From positions 11,408,001-11,472,000 of the forward strand of contig OZ059898.1 of assembly GCA_964057225.1 (NCBI GenBank): a DNA stretch of 64,000 nucleotides, read 5' to 3'. The translations under genes and the position numbers were made by a program. The notes under the pieces are model-generated. The model searched no databases and had not been told where the DNA came from. It saw nothing but the letters and a program-made list of their open reading frames with translations. Positions 22,601 to 37,800 of this stretch are shown here, piece by piece. Every line of letters begins with the position of its first letter. The stretch's first letter is position 1. The DNA comes from Auanema rhodensis (taxonomy: Eukaryota; Animalia; Nematoda).

Positions 22601-25600
22601 TACGCGGGCAGAGCCCAATTGATTTCTAGTCAATCTCCTTAACCACTCGGACATGACTGCTTGTAAAAGGAATATACTTTACAGTTAATGTGATAGACGC
22701 AATGATCTCGTACTTTTTGGAATAAGATCAAAAGGGATCATAAAATTGATTTCTCATGCAAAATATTCGCAGTCAGCAGGATTCGAACCTACGCGGGCAG
22801 AGCCCAATTGATTTCTAGTCAATCTCCTTAACCACTCGGACATGACTGCTTGTAAAAGGAATATACTTTACACTTAAAGTGATAGACGCAATGATTTCGT
22901 ACATATAGGAATTAGATCAAAAGGGATCATAAAATTGATTTCTCATGCAAAATATTCGCAGTCAGCAGGATTCGAACCTACGCGGGCAGAGCCCAATTGA
23001 TTTCTAGTCAATCTCCTTAACCACTCGGACATGACTGCTTGTAAAAGGAATATACTTTACAGTTAAAGTGATAGACGCAATGATCTCGTACTTTTTGGAA
23101 TAAGATCAAAAGGGATCATAAAATTGATTTCTCATGCAAAATATTCGCAGTCAGCAGGATTCGAACCTACGCGGGCAGAGCCCAATTGATTTCTAGTCAA
23201 TCTCCTTAACCACTCGGACATGACTGCTTGTATAAGGAATATACTTTACACTTAAAGTGATAGACGCAATGATTTCGTACTTTTTGGAATAAGATCAAAT
23301 GGGATCATAAAATTGATTTCTCATGCAAAATATTCGCAGTCAGCAGGATTCGAACCTACGCGGGCAGAGCCCAATTGATTTCTAGTCAATCTCCTTAACC
23401 ACTCGGACATGACTGCTTGTAAAAGGAATATACTTTACACTTGAAGTGATAGACGCAATGAATTCGTACATATAGGAATTAGATCAAAAAGCATCAAAAA
23501 ATTGATTTCTCATGCAAAATATTCGCAGTCAGCAGGATTCGAACCTACGCGGGCAGAGCCCAATTGATTTCTAGTCAATCTCCTTAACCACTCGGACATG
23601 ACTGCTTGTATAAGGAATATACTTTACAGTTAAAGTGATAGACGCAATGATCTCGTACTTTTTGGAATAAGATCAAATGGGATCATAAAATTGATTTCTC
23701 ATGCAAAATATGCGCAGTCAGCAGGATTCGAACCTACGCGGGCAGAGCCCAATTGATTTCTAGTCAATCTCCTTAACCACTCGGACATGACTGCTTGTAA
23801 AAGGAATATACTTTACAGTTAATGTGATAGACGCAATGATCTCGTACTTTTTGGAATAAGATCAAAAGGGATCATAAAATTGATTTCTCATGCAAAATAT
23901 TCGCAGTCAGCAGGATTCGAACCTACGCGGGCAGAGCCCAATTGATTTCTAGTCAATCTCCTTAACCACTCGGACATGACTGCTTGTAAAAGGAATATAC
24001 TTTACACTTAAAGTGATAGACGCAATGATTTCGTACATATAGGAATTAGATCAAAAGGGATCATAAAATTGATTTCTCATGCAAAATATTCGCAGTCAGC
24101 AGGATTCGAACCTACGCGGGCAGAGCCCAATTGATTTCTAGTCAATCTCCTTAACCACTCGGACATGACTGCTTGTAAAAGGAATATACTTTACACTTAA
24201 AGTGATAGACGCAATGATTTCGTACATATAGGAATTAGATCAGAAAGCATCAAAAAATTGATTTCTCATGCAAAATATTCGCAGTCAGCAGGATTCGAAC
24301 CTACGCGGGCAGAGCCCAATTGATTTCTAGTCAATCTCCTTAACCACTCGGACATGACTGCTTGTATAAGGAATATACTTTACAGTTAAAGTGATAGACG
24401 CAATGATTTCGTACATATAGGAATTAGATCAAAAGGGATCATAAAATTGATTTCTCATGCAAAATATTCGCAGTCAGCAGGATTCGAACCTACGCGGGCA
24501 GAGCCCAATTGATTTCTAGTCAATCTCCTTAACCACTCGGACATGACTGCTTGTAAAAGGAATATACTTTACAGTTAATGTGATAGACGCAATGATCTCG
24601 TACTTTTTGGAATAAGATCAAAAGGGATCATAAAATTGATTTCTCATGCAAAATATTCGCAGTCAGCAGGATTCGAACCTACGCGGGCAGAGCCCAATTG
24701 ATTTCTAGTCAATCTCCTTAACCACTCGGACATGACTGCTTGTAAAAGGAATATACTTTACACTTAAAGTGATAGACGCAATGATTTCGTACATATAGGA
24801 ATTAGATCAGAAAGCATCAAAAAATTGATTTCTCATGCAAAATATTCGCAGTCAGCAGGATTCGAACCTACGCGGGCAGAGCCCAATTGATTTCTAGTCA
24901 ATCTCCTTAACCACTCGGACATGACTGCTTGTAAAAGGAATATACTTTACACTTAAAGTGATAGACGCAATGATTTCGTACATATAGGAATTAGATCAAA
25001 AGGGATCATAAAATTGATTTCTCATGCAAAATATTCGCAGTCAGCAGGATTCGAACCTACGCGGGCAGAGCCCAATTGATTTCTAGTCAATCTCCTTAAC
25101 CACTCGGACATGACTGCTTGTAAAAGGAATATACTTTACAGTTAATGTGATAGACGCAATGATCTCGTACTTTTTGGAATAAGATCAAAAGGGATCATAA
25201 AATTGATTTCTCATGCAAAATATTCGCAGTCAGCAGGATTCGAACCTACGCGGGCAGAGCCCAATTGATTTCTAGTCAATCTCCTTAACCACTCGGACAT
25301 GACTGCTTGTAAAAGGAATATACTTTACACTTAAAGTGATAGACGCAATGATTTCGTACATATAGGAATTAGATCAAAAGGGATCATAAAATTGATTTCT
25401 CATGCAAAATATTCGCAGTCAGCAGGATTCGAACCTACGCGGGCAGAGCCCAATTGATTTCTAGTCAATCTCCTTAACCACTCGGACATGACTGCTTGTA
25501 AAAGGAATATACTTTACACTTAAAGTGATAGACGCAATGATTTCGTACATATAGGAATTAGATCAGAAAGCATCAAAAAATTGATTTCTCATGCAAAATA

Positions 25601-28562
25601 TTCGCAGTCAGCAGGATTCGAACCTACGCGGGCAGAGCCCAATTGATTTCTAGTCAATCTCCTTAACCACTCGGACATGACTGCTTGTAAAAGGAATATA
25701 CTTTACACTTAAAGTGATAGACGCAATGATTTCGTACATATAGGAATTAGATCAAAAGGGATCATAAAATTGATTTCTCATGCAAAATATTCGCAGTCAG
25801 CAGGATTCGAACCTACGCGGGCAGAGCCCAATTGATTTCTAGTCAATCTCCTTAACCACTCGGACATGACTGCTTGTAAAAGGAATATACTTTACACTTA
25901 AAGTGATAGACGCAATGATTTCGTACATATAGGAATTAGATCAGAAAGCATCAAAAAATTGATTTCTCATGCAAAATATTCGCAGTCAGCAGGATTCGAA
26001 CCTACGCGGGCAGAGCCCAATTGATTTCTAGTCAATCTCCTTAACCACTCGGACATGACTGCTTGTAAAAGGAATATACTTTACAGTTAAAGTGATGGAC
26101 GCAATGATCTCGTACTTTTTGGAATAAGATCAAAAGGGATCATAAAATTGATTTCTCATGCAAAATATTCGCAGTCAGCAGGATTCGAACCTACGCGGGC
26201 AGAGCCCAATTGATTTCTAGTCAATCTCCTTAACCACTCGGACATGACTGCTTGTAAAAGGAATATACTTTACAGTTAAAGTGATAGACGCAATGATCTC
26301 GTACTTTTTGGAATAAGATCAAAAGGGATCATAAAATTGATTTCTCATGCAAAATATTCGCAGTCAGCAGGATTCGAACCTACGCGGGCAGAGCCCAATT
26401 GATTTCTAGTCAATCTCCTTAACCACTCGGACATGACTGCTTGTAAAAGGAATATACTTTACACTTAAAGTGATAGACGCAATGATTTCCTACATATAGG
26501 AATTAGATCAGAAAGCATCAAAAAATTGATTTCTCATGCAAAATATTCGCAGTCAGCAGGATTCGAACCTACGCGGGCAGAGCCCAATTGATTTCTAGTC
26601 AATCTCCTTAACCACTCGGACATGACTGCTTGTAAAAGGAATATACTTTACACTTAAAGTGATAGATGCAATGATTTCGTACATATAGGAATTAGATCAG
26701 AAAGCATCAAAAAATTGATTTCTCATGCAAAATATTCGCAGTCAGCAGGATTCGAACCTACGCGGGCAGAGCCCAATTGATTTCTAGTCAATCTCCTTAA
26801 CCACTCGGACATGACTGCTTGTAAAAGGAATATACTTTACAGTTAAAGTGATGGACGCAATGATCTCGTACTTTTTGGAATAAGATCAAAAGGGATCATA
26901 AAATTGATTTCTCATGCAAAATATTCGCAGTCAGCAGGATTCGAACCTACGCGGGCAGAGCCCAATTGATTTCTAGTCAATCTCCTTAACCACTCGGACA
27001 TGACTGCTTGTAAAAGGAATATACTTTACAGTTAAAGTGATAGACGCAATGATCTCGTACTTTTTGGAATAAGATCAAAAGGGATCATAAAATTGATTTC
27101 TCATGCAAAATATTCGCAGTCAGCAGGATTCGAACCTACGCGGGCAGAGCCCTATTGATTTCTAGTCAATCTCCTTAACCACTCGGACATGACTGCTTGT
27201 AAAAGGAATATACTTTACACTTAAAGTGATAGACGCAATGATTTCCTACATATAGGAATTAGATCAGAAAGCATCAAAAAATTGATTTCTCATGCAAAAT
27301 ATTCGCAGTCAGCAGGATTCGAACCTACGCGGGCAGAGCCCAATTGATTTCTAGTCAATCTCCTTAACCACTCGGACATGACTGCTTGTAAAAGGAATAT
27401 ACTTTACACTTAAAGTGATAGATGCAATGATTTCGTACATATAGGAATTAGATCAGAAAGCATCAAAAAATTGATTTCTCATGCAAAATATTCGCAGTCA
27501 GCAGGATTCGAACCTACGCGGGCAGAGCCCAATTGATTTCTAGTCAATCTCCTTAACCACTCGGACATGACTGCTTGTAAAAGGAATATACTTTACAGTT
27601 AAAGTGATAGACGCAATGATCTCGTACTTTTTGGAATAAGATCAAAAGGGATCATAAAATTGATTTCTCATGCAAAATTTTCGCAGTCAGCAGGATTCGA
27701 ACCTACGCGGGCAGAGCCCAATTGATTTCTAGTCAATCTCCTTAACCACTCGGACATGACTGCTTGTAAAAGGAATATACTTTACAGTTAAAGTGATAGA
27801 CGCAATGATTTCCTACATATAGGAATTAGATCAGAAAGCATCAAAAAATTGATTTCTCATGCAAAATATTCGCAGTCAGCAGGATTCGAACCTACGCGGG
27901 CAGAGCCCAATTGATTTCTAGTCAATCTCCTTAACCACTCGGACATGACTGCTTGTAAAAGGAATATACTTTACACTTAAAGTGATAGATGCAATAATTT
28001 CCTACATATAGGAATTAGATCAAAAGGGATCATAAAATTGATTTCTCATGCAAAATATTCGCAGTCAGCAGGATTCGAACCTACGCGGGCAGAGCCCAAT
28101 TGATTTCTAATCAATCTCCTTAACCACTCGGACATGACTGCTTGTAAAAGGATTATACTTTACAGTTAAAGTGATAGACGCAATGATCTCGTACTTTTTG
28201 GAATAAGATCAAAAGGGATCATAAAATTGATTTCTCATGCAAAATTTTCGCAGTCAGCAGGATTCGAACCTACGCGGGCAGAGCCCAATTGATTTCTAGT
28301 CAATCTCCTTAACCACTCGGACATGACTGCTTGTAAAAGGAATATACTTTACAGTTAAAGTGATAGACGCAATGATCTCGTACTTTTTGGAATTAGATCA
28401 AAAGGGATCATAAAATTGATTTCTCATGCAAAATATTCGCAGTCAGCAGGATTCGAACCTACGCGGGCAGAGCCCAATTGATTTCTAGTCAATCTCCTTA
28501 ACCACTCGGACATGACTGCTTGTAAAAGGAATATACTTTACACTTAAAGTGATAGACGCAAT
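19654..28562 (-). tRNA. tRNA-Ser(AGA) array segment 2: 47 copies
   Basis: First gene at 19744-19825, last ends at 28519; 189-bp period. Confidence 0.96.
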
Positions 28563-31500
28563 CGTTCCATTCGGAAATCAATACGTAGCAGGCGGGTTAG
28601 AATCAGACGACATGAGGCTGAGAGAGGACGACACGCCCTTCATATGGAACACAGACTTCAGCTTTGCCTCATGGAATGACTATGGATGGTTGGTCTTCCT
28701 TTCTTAGCTCTCTTTCACTTTATATCTTTATGTAGACTTATATAACTTATTGTAATCATGTAGACATAATAAACCTTTCTTTCTCGAGTCTTATGTTTAT
28801 CCATTATGCTCTTTATCTACCGCTACATCTGGAATACTATCACACTCATCTTGTAGGCTTTATTGGTCTATAGGATCGACGTGAGAGCATAACGGAACGT
28901 GGAGGTTCCACCTCGAACATTTTATCTTGATTTCTTGACTATTTTCTCTTATATTTCGTTATTTTCAATACAATTCATTGAATCTGAATTCTCTTATATC
29001 TCTAAACCATCTACTCCATGTCTTAACACAAAACGGTGGGGCCAACAACGTTTAAAAGGGAACAGATGCAAGGACCACTCCTTTTGGAGATGGATTTTAT
29101 ATTTTTTGAAACTGAAGTTATATTTTCCCGTTTGTTCACAATTTTCTGTCTGTCTGAACCCAACAATTTTTATATCCTTGCTGTTAACATCGAATACTCT
29201 GTTACCCGAACTCGAAGCATTTTTGAGGACCCTAGGATGAATTAGTGAACAAATTCACCCAAGGATAATTTTTATTGAGATTTATGCCCACACTTTCTCC
29301 TTTTAAGGATTGATTTTGGCTTCGAGGAAAGAATAGCCACGGTTATTTCTTTATTTTGTGGATGAAACAATTTTGCGCACCAAATTGAGATTATTTCATA
29401 TTTTGCGATCAGGACTATTTTATTTTGCGTTACATTTCTGTTCAGACAACTTTTTGCCATTAACATCCAAAAATATTTTGATAACGCATTGAATTTACAC
29501 GGGAAACCTCACCTAAATGGGAGGAATATTATGAAAAGTGAATTTTAAGATCGCTATAGTCCGAAAAATCCTGTACAATTTTACGAACTGAATTATTATT
29601 AGTGATTGTCTATCAGGTCGTGTTGGCTTAAGCATATCAGTTTGGATTTTCTCCCCTTACTATATGTCACCTTCCTCATACCGTTATTGTTGTTTTGAAG
29701 CATAAGACTCATTCCTAAACACCATAATTCTTTAAATATAGTTATTGTAATCTTTAGTCATCTATTCCTAGCCATAATTTTAAAACTAGATTTCTGATCA
29801 TGATGGGACTAAGGTACTCATTCGTTTTCCAAATTGCTTCCTTAAAAAGTAATGCTATTACGAATGTACATTACGAAAACCGCTAAAATCCTTTGAACAT
29901 TTACCAAAGTCCATTTTCGTGGCATTTTCGATCACTCGTGAGTCCAAGAAGATCAGAATCGTCAGAAAAAGAAAAAAAAATGGGAATAAGGACTAATGAG
30001 ATTGCTCAGGCATCAATCAAGTGAGCACTGAACATTTTTGAACATATACAAACTGGTTGAATTATATACATTTAAGAATATTAAATTGGAAAGCGAATAA
30101 AGTCCAAATTTTCATACGGTAGTAGGCGGATCTCTGTTAAAGGCCACAACTTAGATTCATTCCTTAACGCCGACTATACAAACCAGTTACTCACAGCTTT
30201 CTCCCTCCTTTTCCAAAACTCCTTATCCATAACACTCATTAACGTCTCAAAATCCCCCACGTTACTAAACACTCAAGGTTTTTCCAAACCAAGAGCGCTA
30301 CCAAAGTGGATAAGCGATTCCGATCAGCTGTACCTCTCAGTACACGAACTGATTTTGATCTGCGAGACTCAGCTCCACTCACCAGAAGCCAAGCTCGCGC
30401 GCAGAGCATCGCTATAATCGAAGACGAGCAGAAAGGCGAGCACAAAACCGAAAAATTCTTTACTCCTCGTGCAGGCACTTATTCACCTACTGAACGATTA
30501 AGCGACGAGGATCACGTACCACCAGGAGGAGAAGAAACATCCATCATAGTCGAAGAACAAACACCAGTTACTGCTAAAAAGTCATCAACGTTGAAGGAAA
30601 CATGGTACAACTCAAGAATCCATTTGGAAAAATTCAAGACATACACAAAGACAATCTCAAACTTTTGCGATCAAATACAACGACTTATGACACGGACGAC
30701 GACAGCGATATTGAGATCATAAAAGTCATAAATGGTAACGATAACTATGACTCTAGTGAAGAAACAGAACCAGAAGACCCATCGGACCAAAATTGGCTAC
30801 CACCAAGAAGAAGACGATGAAAGAAATAATTTCGAGATTGATAAAATTATTGTAAAACCTTGTATCAACTCTCTTTTAAAAAACCAGAGCTATTCATATT
30901 ATTATATCATTGAAAAACTTGAGTAAGACGAGATGTAAGCTAATAATCAAAAAGCATTTCAGTTTCAAAGCATATATGATTATAAAACTTCATCAATTTC
31001 AAATAATTTCCCGTAAATAAAGAAGAAATGAAAGATAAGAGACATTATATTGCATATTCATCTGAGCAACAGTCCTTATCAAGTAGTTAATGATTCAATT
31101 CCGGAAATTATATGGGATTTAGTTTAATTTTTTTTATTATTACAATTCGCTTTGAATACGCTGAAGAAACATGCTAGCTCCATCGATAATATAGCATGAC
31201 TCTCGTTTCTCTATACTCAAACAAGTTAGACATGCAGCGTCGTGCCTAAAAAGCTATTTTGCGCACTCTCGCTGACAAAATATAGCCCTGGTATTCTAAA
31301 AGATTGTTTTATTCCTTAATATTCATGTATTTTCAAATAATTTTTATTAAATTCTTTTCAGATAATATTGTTTAACATTATATTGTAATTTATCTTTACT
31401 ATTTTTATGTTAACATTATAATTTTTATTTTTTAAAACTAAACCTTCTGCTACGATTGAAACAAGCCACATACTTTGCTATTCGCGAGGACGCGACATAA

Positions 31501-31854
31501 ACTCGAAAAAAATGGCACGTTCCATTCGGAAATCAATACGTAGCAGGCGGGTTAGAATCAGACGACATGAGGCTGAGAGAGGACGACACGCCCTTCATAT
31601 GGAACACAGACTTCAGCTTTGCCTCATGGAATGACTATGGATGGTTGGTCTTCCTTTCTTAGCTCTCTTTCACTTTATATCTTTATGTAGACTTATATAA
31701 CTTATTGTAATCATGTAGACATAATAAACCTTTCTTTCTCGAGTCTTATGTTTATCCATTATGCTCTTTATCTACCGCTACATCTGGAATACTATCACAC
31801 TCATCTTGTAGGCTTTATTGGTCTATAGGATCGACGTGAGAGCATAACGGAACG
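28563..31854 (+). mobile_element. Non-autonomous internally deleted LTR element (element 2, 3,292 bp) of a related but distinct subfamily
   Basis: 337-bp LTRs at 28563-28899 and 31518-31854, identical by eye. CG...CG ends, TSD CAAT and the same Gln PBS. Internal region keeps the leader, the Gag N-terminal peptide and the integrase tail only. Confidence 0.95.
30250..30820 (+). pseudogene. Gag N-terminal extension remnant joined at about 30579 to an integrase C-terminal remnant
   Basis: IPHVTKHSRFFQTKSATKV...PRAGTYSP matches element 1 IPHITKHSRFFQTKSDSKV...PREGTYSP. GKIQDIHKDNLK...DSDIEII.VIN..TEPED...WLP matches the element 1 IN tail. Confidence 0.9.
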
Positions 31855-34800
31855 CAATGATTTCCTACATATAGGAATTAGATCAGAAAGCATCAAAAAA
31901 TTGATTTCTCATGCAAAATATTCGCAGTCAGCAGGATTCGAACCTACGCGGGCAGAGCCCAATTGATTTCTAGTCAATCTCCTTAACCACTCGGACATGA
32001 CTGCTTGTAAAAGGAATATACTTTACACTTAAAGTGATAGATGCAATAATTTCCTACATATAGGAATTAGATCAAAAGGGATCATAAAATTGATTTCTCA
32101 TGCAAAATATTCGCAGTCAGCAGGATTCGAACCTACGCGGGCAGAGCCCAATTGATTTCTAGTCAATCTCCTTAACCACTCGGACATGACTGCTTGTAAA
32201 AGGAATATACTTTACACTTAAAGTGATAGACGCAATGATTTCGTACATATAGGAATTAGATCAGAAAGCATCAAAAAATTGATTTCTCATGCAAAATATT
32301 CGCAGTCAGCAGGATTCGAACCTACGCGGGCAGAGCCCAATTGATTTCTAGTCAATCTCCTTAACCACTCGGACATGACTGCTTGTAAAAGGAATATACT
32401 TTACACTTAAAGTGATAGACGCAATGATTTCGTACATATAGGAATTAGATCAAAAGGGATCATAAAATTGATTTCTCATGCAAAATATTCGCAGTCAGCA
32501 GGATTCGAACCTACGCGGGCAGAGCCCAATTGATTTCTAGTCAATCTCCTTAACCACTCGGACATGACTGCTTGTAAAAGGATTATACTTTACACTTAAA
32601 GTGATAGACGCAATGATTTCGTACATATAGGAATTAGATCAGAAAGCATCAAAAAATTGATTTCTCATGCAAAATATTCGCAGTCAGCAGGATTCGAACC
32701 TACGCGGGCAGAGCCCAATTGATTTCTAGTCAATCTCCTTAACCACTCGGACATGACTGCTTGTAAAAGGAATATACTTTACACTTAAAGTGATAGACGC
32801 AATGATTTCGTACTTTTTGGAATAAGATCAAAAGGGATCATAAAATTGATTTCTCATTCAAAACATTCGCAGTCAGCAGGATTCGAACCTACGCGGGCAG
32901 AGCCCAATTGATTTCTAGTCAATCTCCTTAAACAGTCGGACATGACTGCTTGTAAAAGGAATATACTTTACACTTAAAGTGATAGACGCAATGATTTCCT
33001 ACATATAGGAATTAGATCAGAAAGCATCAAAAAATTGATTTCTCATGCAAAATATTCGCAGTCAGCAGGATTCGAACCTACGCGGGCAGAGCCCAATTGA
33101 TTTCTAGTCAATCTCCTTAACCACTCGGACATGACTGCTTGTAAAAGGAATATACTTTACACTTAAAGTGATAGATGCAATAATTTCCTACATATAGGAA
33201 TTAGATCAAAAGGGATCATAAAATTGATTTCTCATGCAAAATATTCGCAGTCAGCAGGATTCGAACCTACGCGGGCAGAGCCCAATTGATTTCTAGTCAA
33301 TCTCCTTAAACAGTCGGACATGACTGCTTGTAAAAGGAATATACTTTACACTTAAAGTGATAGACGCAATGATTTCCTACATATAGGAATTAGATCAGAA
33401 AGCATCAAAAAATTGATTTCTCATGCAAAATATTCGCAGTCAGCAGGATTCGAACCTACGCGGGCAGAGCCCAATTGATTTCTAGTCAATCTCCTTAACC
33501 ACTCGGACATGACTGCTTGTAAAAGGAATATACTTTACACTTAAAGTGATAGACGCAATGATTTCGTACATATAGGAATTAGATCAAAAGGGATCATAAA
33601 ATTGATTTCTCATGCAAAATATTCGCAGTCAGCAGGATTCGAACCTACGCGGGCAGAGCCCAATTGATTTCTAGTCAATCTCCTTAACCACTCGGACATG
33701 GCTGCTTGTAAAAGGATTATACTTTACACTTAAAGTGATAGACGCAATGATTTCGTACATATAGGAATTAGATCAGAAAGCATCAAAAAATTGATTTCTC
33801 ATGCAAAATATTCGCAGTCAGCAGGATTCGAACCTACGCGGGCAGAGCCCAATTGATTTCTAGTCAATCTCCTTAACCACTCGGACATGACTGCTTGTAA
33901 AAGGAATATACTTTACACTTAAAGTGATAGACGCAATGATTTCGTACATATAGGAATTAGATCAGAAAGCATCAAAAAATTGATTTCTCATGCAAAATAT
34001 TCGCAGTCAGCAGGATTCGAACCTACGCGGGCAGAGCCCAATTGATTTCTAGTCAATCTCCTTAACCACTCGGACATGACTGCTTGTAAAAGGAATATAC
34101 TTTACAGTTAAAGTGATAGACGCAATGATTTCGACAATATAGGAATTAGATCAGAAAGCATCAAAAAATTGATTTCTCATGCAAAATATTCGCAGTCAGC
34201 AGGATTCGAACCTACGCGGGCAGAGCCCAATTGATTTCTAGTCAATCTCCTTAACCACTCGGACATGACTGCTTGTAAAAGGAATATACTTTACAGTTAA
34301 AGTGATAGACGCAATGATCTCGTACTTTTTGGAATAAGATCAAAAGGGATCATAAAATTGATTTCTCATGCAAAATATTCGCAGTCAGCAGGATTCGAAC
34401 CTACGCGGGCAGAGCCCAATTGATTTCTAGTCAATCTCCTTAACCACTCGGACATGACTGCTTGTAAAAGGAATATACTTTACACTTAAAGTGATAGACG
34501 CAATGATTTCCTACATATAGGAATTAGATCAGAAAGCATCAAAAAATTGATTTCTCATGCAAAATATTCGCAGTCAGCAGGATTCGAACCTACGCGGGCA
34601 GAGCCCAATTGATTTCTAGTCAATCTCCTTAACCACTCGGACATGACTACTTGTAAAAGGAATATACTTTACACTTAAAGTGATAGACGCAATGATTTCC
34701 TACATATAGGAATTAGATCAGAAAGCATCAAAAAATTGATTTCTCATGCAAAATATTCGCAGTCAGCAGGATTCGAACCTACGCGGGCAGAGCCCAATTG

Positions 34801-37800
34801 ATTTCTAGTCAATCTCCTTAACCACTCGGACATGACTGCTTGTAAAAGGAATATACTTTACAGTTAAAGTGATAGACGCAATGATTTCGACAATATAGGA
34901 ATTAGATCAGAAAGCATCAAAAAATTGATTTCTCATGCAAAATATTCGCAGTCAGCAGGATTCGAACCTACGCGGGCAGAGCCCAATTGATTTCTAGTCA
35001 ATCTCCTTAACCACTCGGACATGACTGCTTGTAAAAGGAATATACTTTACACTTAAAGTGATAGACGCAATGATTTCGTACTTTTTGGAATAAGATCAAA
35101 AGGGATCATAAAATTGATTTCTCATTCAAAACATTCGCAGTCAGCAGGATTCGAACCTACGCGGGCAGAGCCCAATTGATTTCTAGTCAATCTCCTTAAA
35201 CAGTCGGACATGACTGCTTGTAAAAGGAATATACTTTACACTTAAAGTGATAGACGCAATGATTTCCTACATATAGGAATTAGATCAGAAAGCATCAAAA
35301 AATTGATTTCTCATGCAAAATATTCGCAGTCAGCAGGATTCGAACCTACGCGGGCAGAGCCCAATTGATTTCTAGTCAATCTCCTTAACCACTCGGACAT
35401 GACTGCTTGTAAAAGGAATATACTTTACACTTAAAGTGATAGATGCAATAATTTCCTACATATAGGAATTAGATCAAAAGGGATCATAAAATTGATTTCT
35501 CATGCAAAATATTCGCAGTCAGCAGGATTCGAACCTACGCGGGCAGAGCCCAATTGATTTCTAGTCAATCTCCTTAAACAGTCGGACATGACTGCTTGTA
35601 AAAGGAATATACTTTACACTTAAAGTGATAGACGCAATGATTTCCTACATATAGGAATTAGATCAGAAAGCATCAAAAAATTGATTTCTCATGCAAAATA
35701 TTCGCAGTCAGCAGGATTCGAACCTACGCGGGCAGAGCCCAATTGATTTCTAGTCAATCTCCTTAACCACTCGGACATGACTGCTTGTAAAAGGAATATA
35801 CTTTACACTTAAAGTGATAGACGCAATGATTTCGTACATATAGGAATTAGATCAAAAGGGATCATAAAATTGATTTCTCATGCAAAATATTCGCAGTCAG
35901 CAGGATTCGAACCTACGCGGGCAGAGCCCAATTGATTTCTAGTCAATCTCCTTAACCACTCGGACATGGCTGCTTGTAAAAGGATTATACTTTACACTTA
36001 AAGTGATAGACGCAATGATTTCGTACATATAGGAATTAGATCAGAAAGCATCAAAAAATTGATTTCTCATGCAAAATATTCGCAGTCAGCAGGATTCGAA
36101 CCTACGCGGGCAGAGCCCAATTGATTTCTAGTCAATCTCCTTAAACAGTCGGACATGACTGCTTGTAAAAGGAATATACTTTACACTTAAAGTGATAGAC
36201 GCAATGATTTCCTACATATAGGAATTAGATCAGAAAGCATCAAAAAATTGATTTCTCATGCAAAATATTCGCAGTCAGCAGGATTCGAACCTACGCGGGC
36301 AGAGCCCAATTGATTTCTAGTCAATCTCCTTAACCACTCGGACATGACTGCTTGTAAAAGGAATATACTTTACACTTAAAGTGATAGATGCAATGATTTC
36401 GTACATATAGGAATTAGATCAAAAGGGATCATAAAATTGATTTCTCATTCAAAACATTCGCAGTCAGCAGGATTCGAACCTACGCGGGCAGAGCCCAATT
36501 GATTTCTAGTCAATCTCCTTAACCACTCGGACATGACTGCTTGTAAAAGGAATATACTTTACAGTTAAAGTGATAGACGCAATGATCTCGTACTTTTTGG
36601 AATAAGATCAAAAGGGATCATAAAATTGATTTCTCATGCAAAATATTCGCAGTCAGCAGGATTCGAACCTACGCGGGCAGAGCCCAATTGATTTCTAGTC
36701 AATCTCCTTAAACAGTCGGACATGACTGCTTGTAAAAGGAATATACTTTACACTTAAAGTGATAGACGCAATGATTTCCTACATATAGGAATTAGATCAG
36801 AAAGCATCAAAAAATTGATTTCTCATGCAAAATATTCGCAGTCAGCAGGATTCGAACCTACGCGGGCAGAGCCCAATTGATTTCTAGTCAATCTCCTTAA
36901 CCACTCGGACATGACTGCTTGTAAAAGGAATATACTTTACACTTAAAGTGATAGACGCAATGATTTCGTACATATAGGAATTAGATCAGAAAGCATCAAA
37001 AAATTGATTTCTCATGCAAAATATTCGCAGTCAGCAGGATTCGAACCTACGCGGGCAGAGCCCAATTGATTTCTAGTCAATCTCCTTAACCACTCGGACA
37101 TGACTGCTTGTAAAAGGAATATACTTTACAGTTAAAGTGATAGACGCAATGATTTCGACAATATAGGAATTAGATCAGAAAGCATCAAAAAATTGATTTC
37201 TCATGCAAAATATTCGCAGTCAGCAGGATTCGAACCTACGCGGGCAGAGCCCAATTGATTTCTAGTCAATCTCCTTAACCACTCGGACATGACTGCTTGT
37301 AAAAGGAATATACTTTACAGTTAAAGTGATAGACGCAATGATCTCGTACTTTTTGGAATAAGATCAAAAGGGATCATAAAATTGATTTCTCATGCAAAAT
37401 ATTCGCAGTCAGCAGGATTCGAACCTACGCGGGCAGAGCCCAATTGATTTCTAGTCAATCTCCTTAACCACTCGGACATGACTGCTTGTAAAAGGAATAT
37501 ACTTTACACTTAAAGTGATAGACGCAATGATTTCCTACATATAGGAATTAGATCAGAAAGCATCAAAAAATTGATTTCTCATGCAAAATATTCGCAGTCA
37601 GCAGGATTCGAACCTACGCGGGCAGAGCCCAATTGATTTCTAGTCAATCTCCTTAACCACTCGGACATGACTACTTGTAAAAGGAATATACTTTACACTT
37701 AAAGTGATAGACGCAATGATTTCCTACATATAGGAATTAGATCAGAAAGCATCAAAAAATTGATTTCTCATGCAAAATATTCGCAGTCAGCAGGATTCGA

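Noticed and set aside
28899-29466. ORFs in element 2 and 3 leaders and LTRs
   Set aside because: They start at the PBS or within LTRs, and their translations are not conserved between elements.
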